DNA of 56,921 bases, filler included, from Porpidia crustulata (taxonomy: Eukaryota): NCBI GenBank assembly GCA_964255105.1. It is 3 parts of 3 records of this genome, joined end to end, with 100 filler letters (N's around TTAATTAATTAA, not from the genome) between each part and the next. Parts side by side here need not be neighbours in the genome. Positions count along the whole stretch, not along the records: positions 1 to 18,914 come from CAXUWE010000159.1; 2 more parts are not named here. One strand, 5' to 3'. The position numbers and the translations under genes were made by a program. Below, piece by piece: positions 1 through 13,622 of this stretch (position 1 is its first letter; every line of letters begins with the position of its first letter). Below the pieces are notes generated by a model. It was not told the DNA's origin and searched no databases. It saw only the letters and a list, made by a program, of their open reading frames with translations.

Positions 1-146
1 GGGATGGGTTTGTGGCTTGTTGTGTGGCTGTGTTTGTGGCTGATTTTGTGGCTGGTGTGTGGTAAAAGGTAGGGAAAAGGGAGGAGTGATGGGGAAGTAG
101 TGGGTAAGGAGAACAATGTGAGGGAGGGGAAGCAAAGTGTGCTTAC

Positions 147-3100
147 TGGTTTTGTAGGCAAAGAGGAGATGATCTTGTCCATTGACAGCCGCCGCTCTGG
201 ATACATTTCGGCCCGGCGCACATCAAGTACTGTTGGTGGCGAAAGCCAGGAGTTAGCGTGGTTATGCTTTCGACGCAAAGCACAGGTAAAACATTCAAAT
301 CTTGAAATAGAATGAGCGGCAGACTTACCTCCAGACTCAAAATCAGTGGGACCATAGAAGCTCAAGATCGCCACTGGAGGCTTCAATCCTGCCTCTTTAC
401 TCGTCCACGCCGTTGTCATGGCCAAATGCCCACCAGTCGACCACCCTATCACCACAATTTTCTTCTCATCAACCAAAATACCTCTGCTCCTCACGGTAGC
501 CTGCAAGCCCGTTCGTGCCCATGCGTAAGCGTCGCAGGTATCCCTGATGGGACCGTCGAGGAGGTTGATTTCGGGACAGAGTCTGTAGTCGATACTGACG
601 GGTAGCACGTTGTGGGCGAGAAGGAAGGCAGTCTGGAAGGGTCGAATCGCTTTTCTGGAGAGCGTCATGTGCCCACCGCCGTGGATCATGAGTGCTAGAA
701 GCGGAAGGGTGAGTTAGCAGTGATGCGGTGGAGCGATGTTAAGGGGATTTGTGGCACTAATTGGGAGATGAGTGTGTACCGACAGGCATGGCTTTTGTGG
801 AAGCCTGGGCAGGCAGGTAGATGTCTGCCTCGATCTGAGTGCCGTCTACTTCTTTGTACACTACTGTCTGTATGCCGAGCTGTTTCTCATCATGGCGCAG
901 GGGTGCAGTCACCTTTTCGTTGTTGGATGCCACAAGCAGTCGCTGCGTATTGGATTCTGGAGTTGGGCCCTGCGAATACGATATTCTTTTGAAACCGGCC
1001 TGCTCGAAAGACTGTACCCATGATTCTGGAGGCTGCAGAGGGTAGGTCGACCCGTCATTCGCGAGCCACCAGCCATCAAGCAGCCCGAAGACGATATCGT
1101 ACCAATCGACCAGCTGCGTTACTTCTGAGAGCACCATGAAGCCTTGCGCATTCAAAATACTTTTTAGTCTGCTGATCGTTTTCGTCTTGGCCTTCGTCGC
1201 ATGCACGCAGTTGGTACCGATAACGATGTCGTATGTATCCTTGAGCGAAGCGGGCATGTCGGTTTCCAGATTCAAGGTCTGAAACTCCATCCAGGGGCAC
1301 TTTGCGAATTTTGCCTTGGCGCCTTTCACGAGCGAGGGAGAGATATCGGTGAACTTGTAGGAGACGGGTATGCCGCTTGCTTCTAGTACCTCGGCGAGCC
1401 GCGTCGTTGTGCCGCCGAAGCCGGCGCCTACTTCGAGGATTCGTACGGGGTAGGCGCTGGACGTGGTGCTGCTGGAAGATACGACGGTGCGGAGGAAGGC
1501 TACTAATTGTTCCGTTAGGGTCGATAGCATCGGCGAGGCGCAGTAGTAGTCTTCCATGACTTTTTGGGCTGCGGCGCCACGAAACATGAGGGTGATGGGA
1601 TCGGTCTTGCCGGTTAGACAGTCGGCTAGTTTTGGGCCTGTCAAGGCCATGAGTCGAGCTTCGCCAGCATACGGGGAGAATTTTGTAACGAATTGCTCAT
1701 GGAGCTCCTGAGATGATGTGGATGGCGTCTGTTTGCTGCCGCGGATGAGGGCTGATCCCTGCCTGGCCAAGATGTCATGCTTCTCGAGAATGTCGAGCAG
1801 TCGATTCATCACCTTTTTGTGTTTCGGCAAATGAGGAATCGAGGGAACTTGTTGGCCTTTGGAAATTTGACCAATGTCTGAGCCTAGGGCTTGAAACGCC
1901 TCGCATATGTATGCCAGTAGCAGCTCGTCTTGCTTTGGAGCTACTTCGGTCCAGTAGTTCAGGAACCCACGTCTAGCAGCCGCTTGGTCGAAGGATGCCT
2001 CGCATTGAACTAGCGCTTCCATGGGACTCGCCAACTCGACCCCTTTGCCTTGCCCCTTCTCCACTTGAATCATCTTCTCGGACCCATTTGCTTTGTCCTG
2101 ACCTGCTAGACTTTTGGGCCCTGCGACGGCTGCTGGCGAAGATGCTCCCTGGGAGGCACCTCCCACTCCCAAGAAATCCAAGATTTCCTGGACAGTAGAC
2201 TCCAGGGTGAATCTATCGTCTTCGATTTCGATCTTAAACGCGTCCTCGAGATCGCCTTTAAGCTCAATCGCGGAGAGTGAATCGATACCGAGTTCTTGAA
2301 GGGTGGCTTTGCCATTAATAGAGGCAATGGGGGCTCCTGAAGTCTCGGAAAGTAACTTCATAGCAATTTGGTGGGCTTGTGTGTTTTGTGGGCTAGCATT
2401 GACGTTGGATGAGGGCGAGGATGAGGTTGACGGTGGAGTGGGAATTGCAGTCCGAGACCCAGAGATATTGGAAGTAGGAAATACCACTTTCTTGGTCGAG
2501 CAGAAAGGGACGAGCAGTTCCGAGAGAGCTCCGTAGCTGCTTAAAAGGAGATCCTCGGCAGCAACCTCCTTGCCAAAGTGTGTCTGAAGCTCTTCTGCAA
2601 GTTCAACGGCGGCTAGAGAATCTACGCCTAGGTCGCCGATGTTGGCATCGTTCGCTATATCCGCAGGGGAAAGGCCTGTATAAGTAGCAATGATGTTCCG
2701 CAGTCGCTTTTCAGCGCCATCATCGACAGCCTCTGGTGTTGCGATTCCGTCATCGCTATCGATTGATGTTGCACTACTGCTGTTGTCTAATCCGGGTGGG
2801 GTCTCGGTACCTTCGACGGACGTTACTGTGGATGTCGTCTCGGAGGACTTGACTGGTACCGATGGGAGACTTTGGTTTCCTGTGGTACTCCTTTGGGACG
2901 GCTTTGCGTTAGCAGAGTCTAGGAATTTCTCAAGCTTCGAGATCAAGAGCTTGGTGAATTGTGCCCCTGTAATTATCATGGCTAGGGCTCCTTGACGTGT
3001 CATGACGAAAATATCGCCTGCTGCTTGGCCATCGCCCGTGCTTGTATACTTTGTGTAGACGGTCCAGGACCTACGGTTGTGGAAGTCGCAAGCTGGGGAC

Positions 3101-6100
3101 ATCGAGACGTGGTCGACTCCTGTTGCGACGTAGACGTCTTCGCTGGTTACCAGGTTGCTGCTGTTGATAAGTAGGCCCACGACCTGGATAAATGTGTCGA
3201 TAGCTACGGTATCACAGTATTGAGTTACAGTGCTCTCTTCGAAACCAAACTGGGCTTTTTCTGGGAGGTCGATATTGGCTATCGCCTCAGCCTTGTCTAG
3301 TGTAATGTGCGAAATCCCTTGGAGGAAGTCGGCGTAATGGACGACTTGGGAGAACAAGCCGTAAGCCCGGTTGGACATCAGCTTCTCCGTGTTTGGCTTG
3401 CTCTCTAGCTCACTAATACTGTACGCGATGAGTCTCTCGTATGTTCTGAAATCAGGCTGTGGTGTCAGCACAATTTTGCCCTTGGCATGCGTTGAGGATC
3501 TTGTTTTTGAGCCGGTCGTGGAAGAACTTTTGATCACGAAGCTCCATGCTTGCGAGCCGTTGCACTTTTCAAGCGTCAGGGAAGCCTCTCGATCGTGGTC
3601 GACGCCTAGAGCTGCCTGGAAGGACAGGTCAAGGAAGCAAAGAGTACCGGCTTCCACATGTCCTCTGAGCAGCTGCACTCCCATTGCCGCGCATTCCATG
3701 TACATTGATGCTGGACAAAGTGGTCTTTGTCGAACCGCGTGGCCAGACACGATCTTGGTAAAACGCTGTGTTCCTAGGGAAATGTTGAATTCCCTCGAAT
3801 TTTCGTTCTTGCTCGCACCTTTCCCAATATTCACCAGTCTTATGAGCGCCTTGGGCTCTTCTTGATTCTGTGTAATCGTTACCTTTTCCACTACGGCGCT
3901 TTTCTGGGCCTCAATGACCCGATCAACGTTCTTGAGCCAATGCTCGGTTGGTTGGAATTGATACGGTGGGAGCCAGATTTGTTTATAGGATCTCGCTCTT
4001 GGCGGGAGGAAGCTCCAGTATGATACCGGGATTCCTTCACGCCACAAGTTAGTTGTCACGTTTGACATTAACTTCATAGGCGCCTGAGAATCTGACGTCT
4101 TTATAGCCTGAAGAGAATGATCATCTGGCGTGGCCAAGGCTCTTTTGATCATTGGGATGATTGGTGAATCCATACCAGCCTCTAGCCAGATGCAGGGGCC
4201 AAGTCGTTCCTCTATTCGCCGAACAGCGTCTGAGAAATATACGGGTTCTCGCGCGTGCTGAGAAGGTCTTGTTGCTGATATTGGGTTAATCGGCTCCACA
4301 GTACAGGTTTCTAGGGGAATTTCCGGCTTAGAGTAGGTCAGTGATGCGGACAGCTGGCTAAGATCCTCGAGAATGCCTTTCGTGAATTTCGAATGAAAAC
4401 CATGAGTGACACTGAGGCGCTGGCTTCGGGTGCCGGAGAAGCGCGGGTCTTTATTCAATAGACTTTCGGTCCGATCAATGGCGAGGGAGCTGCCTACTAC
4501 GACCTGGCTTGATGGAGCGTTGTAGCATGCGATTTCAATTTCTGGCTCTGCTGAATCCGCGCCGACACTGGTAATCACGCCTTGCACAATTTCACGACTG
4601 CTGTGAATTACAAGCATGGTCCCCTTTTCTGAACCCCATTTTGTTGCCATCAACGATGCCCGTGATGCGATGAGCTTGAGACCGTCCCTAAGTGAGAGTA
4701 CCCCTGAGACCACCATGGCCGTCAACTCACCAAAGCTGTGGCCGATCATTGCATCCACCCGGAGACCTGCGTCAATCCAGCATCTGGCGCACGCGTATTG
4801 CATGGCGAAGGTGCCACATTGTAGCGTTACCACGTCTGTCAGCGGCTCTGACTGGAAGATAGAAGGTAGGAGCGTGGAAAACCCAAGGTGTTGGACAATC
4901 GTGTCGCATTCATCGATGTAGCTTTTCAAACGAGGGTGAGACTCATACAAGCTTTCCTCCATGTTGATGGTTGTTTTGGTTTGCCCTCCAAAAGCTAGGA
5001 CAACTCGCTTTGGCGTTTGTGGCACCTCAAAAGAGGATTGAGCCTCGTTTTTAAGATTCTGTGCCAAGTTGTTGATGTCGGACGTAGACGTTACAAAGAC
5101 TTGCCGGTGAAGCTTACGTCGCTTGCTTAGTGTGAATGCTAGATCGCCTAAACTGGGCTTTGGCGTCTTCTTTTGGAGGTATTGACCCAGAACTTCGGCA
5201 TTTGCGTACAAACTTTCTCTTGACGCCGCACTTATGATTATCGGGTACGTTGGTTCGGCCTCAGCTGTCGTAATCTGCTTGGATCTGTCTATTCTCTGCG
5301 GAAGGCCTTCGCAACATATCATGGCGCAGTTACTCCCTGCCGCCCCATAACTATTCACGCAGGCCGCCAACAATTGGGCTTCCCAGCGGGTGGCCTTTGA
5401 TGCAATCATCATTCTATCTACTCCTAAAGCAGGAATCTTGGGGTTGAGAGATTTGTGACTCGCCTGAGGTGGGATACCGGCATTATTGATCATGGCGAGG
5501 ACCTTGAGCAGACTGGCTACACCTGCTCCAGTCTCTGTATGACCGATGTTACCTTTGAGAGAGCCAATGTTCAGCAGGTCGGTTCGATCTTGCCCTCCAA
5601 ACACTTCGCGAATACTTGCTATCTCTAATGGATCTCCGGCTTGAGTGCCTGTCCCATGAGCCTCGACATAGGAGACTTGGTCTGGCTTCATACCAGCTTG
5701 GCGCAAAACGGTTTGATAGAGTTTCTTTTGCGCGGCAGAATGCGGAATCGTAATTGAGGAAGACAGTCCCCCCTGATTTGTCGCTATGCCGGGAACGACA
5801 CCGAGAATCTGATCGCCATCTACCAATGCTTGACGAAGGAGCTTCAAAACAACCAATCCTCCACCTTCAGAGCGACAGTAGCCATCTGCGGCTTGATCAA
5901 ATGGTTTGCATTGACCTGTAGGACTCAGAAATCCGGCTTTGGCCAGATCCAGGAAATTGTTGATGCCGGTCATGATGTTAATGCCTCCTGCAAGAGCCAT
6001 GGTACATTCGCCTGTTTGAACAGCCTTGCAGGCTCGGTTAATTGCAACCAGAGATGATGAGCAAGCTGTATCTAATACCTCAGAGGGACCACTCCAGCCG

Positions 6101-7803
6101 AAATAATAGCTTATTCTGCCACAAAGGAAAGCCCTGATTGTACCCGTCGAGGTATATGCTGTTGGTGGATGGGCGTTTGTGTTGTCGAGATATTCCGCAA
6201 AGCTAGCGCCGATGAAGCATCCAACTGAATCTCCTGCTTCGCGCCGGTGCGAAGCCAGGTACCCGCTTGATTCCATGGCTTGGTAGGCAAGTTCAAGGAG
6301 TACGCGTTGTTGAGGATCCATGTTTAAAGCTTCTTTGGGATTGGTGCGGAAGAATGCATGATCAAAATTACCGACTTGATCAATAAAATTGCCGTAGAAT
6401 TTCCTCTTCTGGGTAAATTTGAGGTCCTGAGATGAACGGAAGCTCCCATGCAAATCGAATCTGTCCGTGGGGACTTCCGCATGTCGCGAAGTACCGCTGG
6501 AAATGAGATTCCAGAGCTCCTCCATGTTGTCAGCTCCAGGTAGGCGACAGGAAGCGCCGGTGATTGCGATAGCATCTCTTGGGTAAGAATAGCCATCTTC
6601 CAATCTATTTTTCCGCTCCTTGTGCGTTGTTTCTGCTACAAAGGACTGCACATCCACCTTTGTGATCTGGAGCTGAATTTTATGAAATGGGGATAGCGGA
6701 ATGCAGTCACCAATTCCAAATGTCGCAAATGTGTGAGTGCGACGTCCGGACAAATCGAGGTCCTTGGCCAGCTCCGAGAGGAGCGTGTACCATTCGCACC
6801 GTGACGCGAGGATTACATTAATTGATTCGTGGGTGAGCGAACCTTCTGTTATCAGACCACCAGTCTTATTAGACCTTACCGGAACTTGCAAGCTGGCGGC
6901 ATCAGGAAGCCGAAGGATGTTGGTCCTGTCGCACAGCTGGCACAGCTCGAGGGCAAGTTCGGAATTCTCGGGGTTGTGCACTTTGCCTCGAATGTGCATT
7001 TCTTGCACGAGTAAACCCTGCTCTCGTGCGTAAGATTGGAGCTTGAGGAGGACCGGCACTGGGCCGACAATGCTGATTGTTTTCGGGTCTGTAACTGCGG
7101 ATATGTATGACTGTGCGCTTTGTTAGAATTCTATATTGTGATGGAAGTTATGAGAAAAATATGTATTCAAAGAACCCACCCCGGGGAACTTGTCAATCAA
7201 CTCATCTCCCTGGCCGACCCGCTTGGTGCGAACAACAATGGTCGTTGCTCCTGGCATAGATTCGTCGTCTCCTAGTTCGCCATAAGTCCCGATTGCAAGA
7301 GCGATTCGCGCGGCTATTGCCGCGTTCTCTGCCACTTCGGCTTCGTTTTCAGAACAAGCAATTGCCATGGCTGGTAACAAACCACCGCAATACCCCTGAA
7401 TACCACCCCCAGCTCGGAGCTGCGCCATAAATTGGGAATGTGACATCCCATGGAGCTCTAAATACTGAAAGTACTGGCATATTTGGATCACAACGAGCAG
7501 TGGAAGCGATAAGATTCCAGACATGCAGTTAGCAATTTGGGAGGATCGTCCAGTGGTGATCCATTCTGATAGATTCTGCATATATCGGAGGCCTTGGCCC
7601 AGATCGGCAACATCCTGACGTTTATTGGCGAGAATGGTCCATACGTCTTTAAGGTCGAGTATGTTTTGTACAAAAGGTTCGAGATACGTATTGGAGCGGA
7701 GGAAGGAGTGTAGTTCGCTGAGATAGCTCTCCCCAGGAGCTTTACTTTGCGGACAAAATACCGCTACAGAGGCCGTTTGGTGATTGTTTGGGCTGGCCGA
7801 CAT
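147..7803 (-). CDS. Non-reducing C-methylating iterative type I PKS (SAT-KS-AT-PT-ACP-ACP-CMeT-alpha/beta hydrolase); 3' end lies beyond the left edge of the window
   Basis: Exons approx. 7803-7180, 7110-780, 694-329, 229-147, with GT..AG introns. Motifs: SAT GYCGG; KS DTACSSS, EAHGTGT, KGNIGHTE; AT GHSFG; PT GHAVRQRPLCPASMY; two ACPs LGVDSL and LGIDSL; CMeT ILEVGAGFGGTT; C-terminal hydrolase ALMIHGGGH...VIGWSTGG. Confidence 0.96.
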
Positions 7804-8576
7804 TGCCGACGTTGGTGTGTTGTTGAAACCTGGAATATTTGGAGATGTTGTGGTTCCAGTGGGGTAGAGACCAGGCGAATGTTCACGGTCTCTTTTAATT
7901 GGAGGTTTAGGAACAGACTGCCTTTCTAGGATGTTGATTCGCAGTTATTCAAACTTCTGTGCTACTTCTTTCGAAGTATAGATACAACACCGAGATTTGC
8001 TGCACCGAATTCGGCGGTGCATCGGGCCTTGGATCTGCGTGTTGCATAATTATCGATATAGCTCAGTATACAGAAACTCCGGCCTCAATTTCGGTGTGAA
8101 AGGATGCTGTATATCCTGCATTAGTGTTCGGTGGGTTCAGCGCATAATGTGTTTCATTCGGAGCTTATTGAGAGTTGTGGGTCCCTAAGATTCGAACGCT
8201 GCTTCCATGTAGGACATACCGCGATACCTTGTGAAGTATCATCAATCTTTTGCGAGTGAGTTCGTCTTTATAGATGTTCGCTTAGATCACAACCTCCTGT
8301 GAGGGCAATTTTTGACATTAAGAGGCGTTCCTTTCTGGGTCTGCGATTCTAGAAGAATCGGACAATTCTTGACCATAATTGAAAGGCTCAGTTATACCGT
8401 CAATACAAGCGAAGGTGCAACTGGATTGGAGTCTCTGGCTGCGACGTATCTTTCATACAACATCACTAATCAAAGTACCCTTTTTGAATTGCATGGTGCG
8501 GTTTCCATAAAACGGTTCGAATTCTGTGGTTTCTATTCTCTGGTGATGGTGCTGAAGACGAGCTAGTTTTGAGACA
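7804..8576. promoter_or_regulatory. Divergent (bidirectional) promoter of the PKS and P450-1, rich in CGG/CCG triplets
   Basis: 773 bp between head-to-head ATGs. TTCGGTG or its reverse complement occurs at 8003-8009, 8090-8096 and 8127-8133. An imperfect palindrome, tgcaccgaattcggcggtgca, lies at 8001-8021. Confidence 0.55.
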
Positions 8577-10330
8577 ATGTTGACACTTTCCGACATGCCT
8601 TTTCCATGGCCAATCTCGGTCAACCAAATAATGGGCACTTCCAGTGCCATCTTGGTTCTTGTAGGTATCTGCAGAAAGATTGACCACCACAGAGAAGGCT
8701 GAGCCAAATCTTCAGTATTATGTTATCTCCGCCATCTACAACATCTACTTTCACCCATTATCCAAATATCCTGGACCAAAGATGACAGCAGTCTCACGCT
8801 TACCTCTCATATACTCCACAATAACGGGAGATACATGGCGGTTCACTGGCAAGCTCCATGCGCGACATGGACCGATAGTTCGGATTGCTCCCGACGAGAT
8901 TGCCACTACATCCTCAGGCGCGTGGAAGGACATATACACATCAAAGCCGCTTATGCCAAAGGATCCATTCAGCCAGACGCCACCCATGAACGGAGCTGAA
9001 TCTCTCTTCACCGCTGCAGGTGAAACGCACCACCGTATTCGAAAAACGTTCATCAACGCCTTTTCTGATAGAGCATTGAAGGACCAAACCCCGATAATCG
9101 ATTCTTACGCCAATCTCTTGATGATACGGCTTCGCAGAGAGATCGGAAAAAGTCCCGAGGGTAAAGTTGACATGGCTAAATATTATGGATACGCGACTTT
9201 GGACATCATTGCAGATCTTACTTTTGGTGAATCTTTCTATGGCTTAGAGGGTGACAACGAACACTCCTGGATCCTGGGCTTCTTTCTCGGCGCAAAATTT
9301 GGCTCTGTGAGAAATAGTCTTAGTCGTTTTCATCCCATTGACAAGATTTTCGGGTGGATATTCCTTCGGTTGACAGCCAAGAACAGGGCGCGCAGCTGGC
9401 AAATCGCGACAGGAAAAATCTCACGTCGACTAGAAATGGGAGATTTGGGCCCGTCAAGATCGGATTTTATTACGCCTGTTGTTGGGAGGCTGGACGAGAC
9501 GCAGCAAAAGGGCATCACGAGGAAAGAACTGAACACTAATGGGCTTGCCGTCGTCATTGCTGGGTGCCAATTGACGACTGTGGCACTGGCCACCGCCACT
9601 TATCTTCTAATGCGCTACCCTGAGACTTTGAGGCAGCTCACCGAAGAGATCCGGAAGAGCTTCGAGTCAGAGACCGACATCACCATTCCTTCCACTGTAA
9701 ATTTACCATATCTTACGGCTGTTATCAATGAGACCCTACGCATCCACCATCCCACGCCTATCAATCTTCCGAGGGTTGTCCCGCCGGAAGGACAGATGAT
9801 TGATGGGCACTGGATTCCTGGGGGGGTCAGTGCATCCTTTCTCTTGCATCATCCATTTCGCTGCATGTAAAGAAGATACACAGCCGCTGACCTAGACCCA
9901 GAACATCATTGGCGTAAATTTGCAAAACATCCAGAACGATCCGAATAACTGGGTGGAGCCTCGTGTTTTCCATCCTGAAAGATTTCTTCCCGAAAGTGAT
10001 TCAAGATACCAGAAGCGTTTCGATCACGATGATAAGCAGGCGTTCCAGCCGTTTTCCGTGGGTGGGCGGAATTGTATGGGAGGAAAGTAAGTGGCGATGA
10101 GATGACTTACAGCGCATTGCATTTTCCGGTTGTTTTGTAATCTTCGTGAACTGATATTTGATAACAGGGTTTTCCTCGCAGAGGCAAGATTGATTCTCTC
10201 GAAGATGGTCTGGAACTTTGATCTCGAGATAGTTGACCGGAACGATTGGAGTTGGATGGACCAAAAGGCTTATCTCGTCTTCGAGCCTAGAGCGTTGATG
10301 GTCAAGCTAAAGGAAAAGGCTTTGGCGTAG
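8577..10330 (+). CDS. Cytochrome P450 (P450-1; Tri11/CYP65-like appearance) with an atypical I-helix
   Basis: Exons approx. 8577-8660, 8716-9825, 9902-10086, ~10168-10330. Motifs: FHPLSKYPGP, ETLR (ExxR), HPERF, heme loop FQPFSVGGRNCMG. The I-helix reads IAGCQLTT. Confidence 0.93.
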
Positions 10331-11861
10331 GATTGCGGGTGATAAAGCAGATATTCAACATACCGGCCGAACCTGCTTTTCTTTGCATTTGAATACTGTG
10401 AGGGCTGCACGGTCATGAACTTAAAGCCCTTGTGCATTTGGCAATTCGATGCTATGGTTCTCTATCATTGGACTGACGCGGGGGCATTTAGATATTAAAA
10501 GTCTGCTGTGCAATATTTAGAGAGAGCAGACCTGTGTCAGAGACCACGCTCTCTGTACATATGTGTAGCTTATTTGAGTTCTTGTAGTAAACTGTTACTC
10601 CAAGACGACGTGAGAAGATCATTTAGGCACACTTCTATCCTTCAGAGTAGCAGTGAGCACGCAATCTTGCGAGTATCAATCCATCATATGCATCATATAT
10701 CGGACTCTTCAAGGGCGCCTCCAAAACTTACAAGCTTCAATGGCACCGTAGCGCAGAAGCTTACCGCAATGTATCTCATCAATACATTGACTCAACTTAG
10801 TTGCATGAGAGCTCCCTAGTCCCGTAAAAAGTATGTACCTCTTCAGCAGCCTTCACTAGAGTATGGCTCTTCTAATCGGAATCACGCAGTGAAGGTATTT
10901 CGAGCCGCCATCGATTTCATAGCTATGAGTAAACCCCTTGCAGCGCGCTTTCGAGATTGGGTGCTGTGGGTTCGGTGGACATTACGCGTTCAGGGTCTGT
11001 ATTGCTGTATGCGTGACGACGCTTGACGGAGACATAGTGGAGCGACAAGGCCTTGCAGTGTAGAGCTGTAGACGTAGATGAGAGATAGGTCAGAGGTGTA
11101 GGCCGTGTTCAACTAGGATGAAATTAGTACGTTGGCAGTGTGGCGGTGTCCGCCACATGGGGCTGGGGGCGCTAGCAGGGTTGTTCACGCACTCTCAGCC
11201 CTCCTAACAAAAACAACTACATAAATGCTTAATTCGTGCTTCATATTTCAATCCCTGGTACTGTAAAGTCGCTCCTAAAAAGCACCTGCCTATCCAATTC
11301 TACAATGCCGTGAAGTTCACTCACGATCCTTGGGCTGAAAATATAGGCGCTTCCTACCTGCCGGGGGCGCAAGAGACGTGCGATGCGGTCCAACAGGGCT
11401 GGAAAAAGTAAATTTTGCTCTGACTGGGAGAAGTAGAGACAACGAGGTTTGGATCGAATAGATCAGAGCCTCTATGTCTGGTAGATGCGTGACGCTGAGG
11501 GTTATACCCGAGAAGGTGTATCATCGGTATACTCGAGACGGATCGCGCATATGCAAGACAACATGCATCTTTTTTCATTCGGACGTACAATCGGGCCATT
11601 TTATCTGCCGAAGTATCTCCTATCTTGGCACCTTGGACGACTCCGAGTCGAAGCCGAACAGCGAAGATCTATGATCAAATATCTATTACCAAATCATACG
11701 AATTGTTTCCCTTCACATATCGCTAGCTACACGCTAACATGCCTCAATGTATTTCCTGATGAATTGATATCTCGCATCTTGTTATTGTCTATATTACTCG
11801 TCTACATAGCGAGAGCGGATCGTAAGCCTCTCGGTCTTATTGATATAGGGTTAGTAGCACT

Positions 11862-13622
11862 ATGCCAGCCGTTGATCTTCTCACCGTTTGGCCGGTGACG
11901 ACCGCCGCTATCTCTATCTCCCTCTACGTTATCCTCCTATACACCTATCGCCTCACTCTCCATCCACTTGCCAAGTTTCCTGGTCCACGCCTCGCAGCGG
12001 TGACTTTCTGGTTTGAGCTCTACCATGACTTTTTCCGCGGTGGTCAATACCTTTTCCGCATCCGCGACATGCACGCCAAATATGGTCACATCGTGCGAAT
12101 CTCTCCCGATGAGCTGCATATCAACGATCCTTCTTTCCTTCCGGAGCTGATGCCCGCCGGCGGACGTCGCAGGGACAAGTATCCGCGTATGATACAAGTG
12201 TTTGGCTTCTCACAGGCTGCCGGCGCCACGGCTGATCATGACTTGCATCGTACACGGCGGGCTGCGATGTCAAAAATGTTCTCGAAAGAGTCAGTGAGAA
12301 GGCTGGAGCCGATTATGAGGACGAACTTGGATAAGTTGTTGGTTCGGTTGAAGGAGTTCCAGGATGATGGGAGGGAGATCAGCCTGTTGCCCATGTTTGG
12401 AGCCTTTACTAATGACGTAATTTCCGAATATGCATATGGCTTCAGTCTGAATTGGATCCAAGCACCACAGTTTAATCGAGTCTTCTTTGAAATGGTTGGT
12501 AGCAGAAGTTATATACTTGATCTTGGCGGCTGAAAGTGTTCCAGATTGATGGTTTCCATGACCTTGGGCCTCTTGCAGTCCAATTTAAATGGTTTATGCC
12601 GCTCTTCGCCAGGCTGCCTCGGTGGCTAGTATTGAAAATAAATCCCGGTTTCGGAACCTTTATAAAATTCAAATTGGTAATCTCGGCGGCTTGATTGCTT
12701 AGTTGACAATGCTAAATTCTTGGCAGCAACTGCTAAGCAACATTGCTAGAGTCGCAAAATCCCATTATGAAGGGAAGGATAATAAGACGGTGTTTGATGA
12801 AATCTTAGATAGCAGGTTATCAGAGGAAGACAAAAAACCGCTCCGCTTACTCCAGGAGGCCCAGAACTTTTCGATTGCTGGCACAGAAACCACATCTTGG
12901 ATTCTGAGCGTACGCCATACAATATTGAGGTCCATTTCATCTTGCGAAAGCTGATTATAGTCCCAGATCATGACCGTCCACCTTCTTTCCACCCCAAGGG
13001 TCCTTACAAAACTAAGAACCGAACTCAAGGCTGCCCTCCCCGACGTCTCCGCCCCATTGTCAATTAGGGATATCGAACAGCTGCCATACCTTAGTGCAGT
13101 CATCACAGAGGGCCTCCGCCTCGCACTAGGTACCAGCCAGCGCCAGACGCGCATCAGCCCTAACGAGGTCATGACTTACAGCGACGGCGAGAAGCAGTGG
13201 CCTATCCCTATTGGCGTGAGTATCGCCCTGCCGTTTCCAATTCCTATACATGGACTTTCTGACCAGCGCTTCAGACACCCGTCGGCATGGCCGCGCCCCT
13301 CATCCATCATAACCCGGACGTCTTTGCAGATCCCATGGAGTTTCGCCCTGAGCGCTTTATCGAAAACCCACAACTGAAGCGCTACCTAATGACGTTCTCA
13401 CAGGGGTCTAGGCAGTGTCTGGGAATGCAGCTGGCGTACACCGAGCTTTATCTGCTCCTGTCGGAGATTTGGCGCAGGTTTGGCAGTAAGGAAGATCATG
13501 GAGAGGACGGCTGGTGGGAATTGTTTGAAACGGATCGAAGCGATACTGATATGGCTTCTGACCGGTTCGTGCCGTATCCTAAGGCGGACAGCAAGGGTAT
13601 TCGGATAAAGGTGTGCAAATGA
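11862..13622 (+). CDS. Cytochrome P450 (P450-2; Tri4/CYP58/CYP682-like appearance)
   Basis: Exons approx. 11862-12494, 12545-12676, 12727-12909, 12967-13215, 13275-13622. N-terminal TM helix plus LHPLAKFPGP, I-helix IAGTETTS, EGLR, FRPERF, heme loop FSQGSRQCLG. Confidence 0.93.

Noticed and set aside
1..146. TGTGGCT-like ~12-bp periodic repeat and G-rich tract
   Set aside because: It lies within a PKS intron at the window edge; low complexity with no evidence of function.
1995..7033. Many 60-170 aa ORFs overlapping the PKS (and likewise SERCA and the permease)
   Set aside because: Antisense or alternative-frame shadows of long coding exons.
147..10330. Calling the PKS/P450-1 pair the usnic acid genes (MPAS/MPAO) or the atranorin genes (atr1/atr2)
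   Set aside because: The domain architecture is shared by several methylating NR-PKS clades. The extra P450, the Methyltransf_2 OMT and the oxidase do not pin down either cluster. A phylogeny is needed, so no symbol is given.
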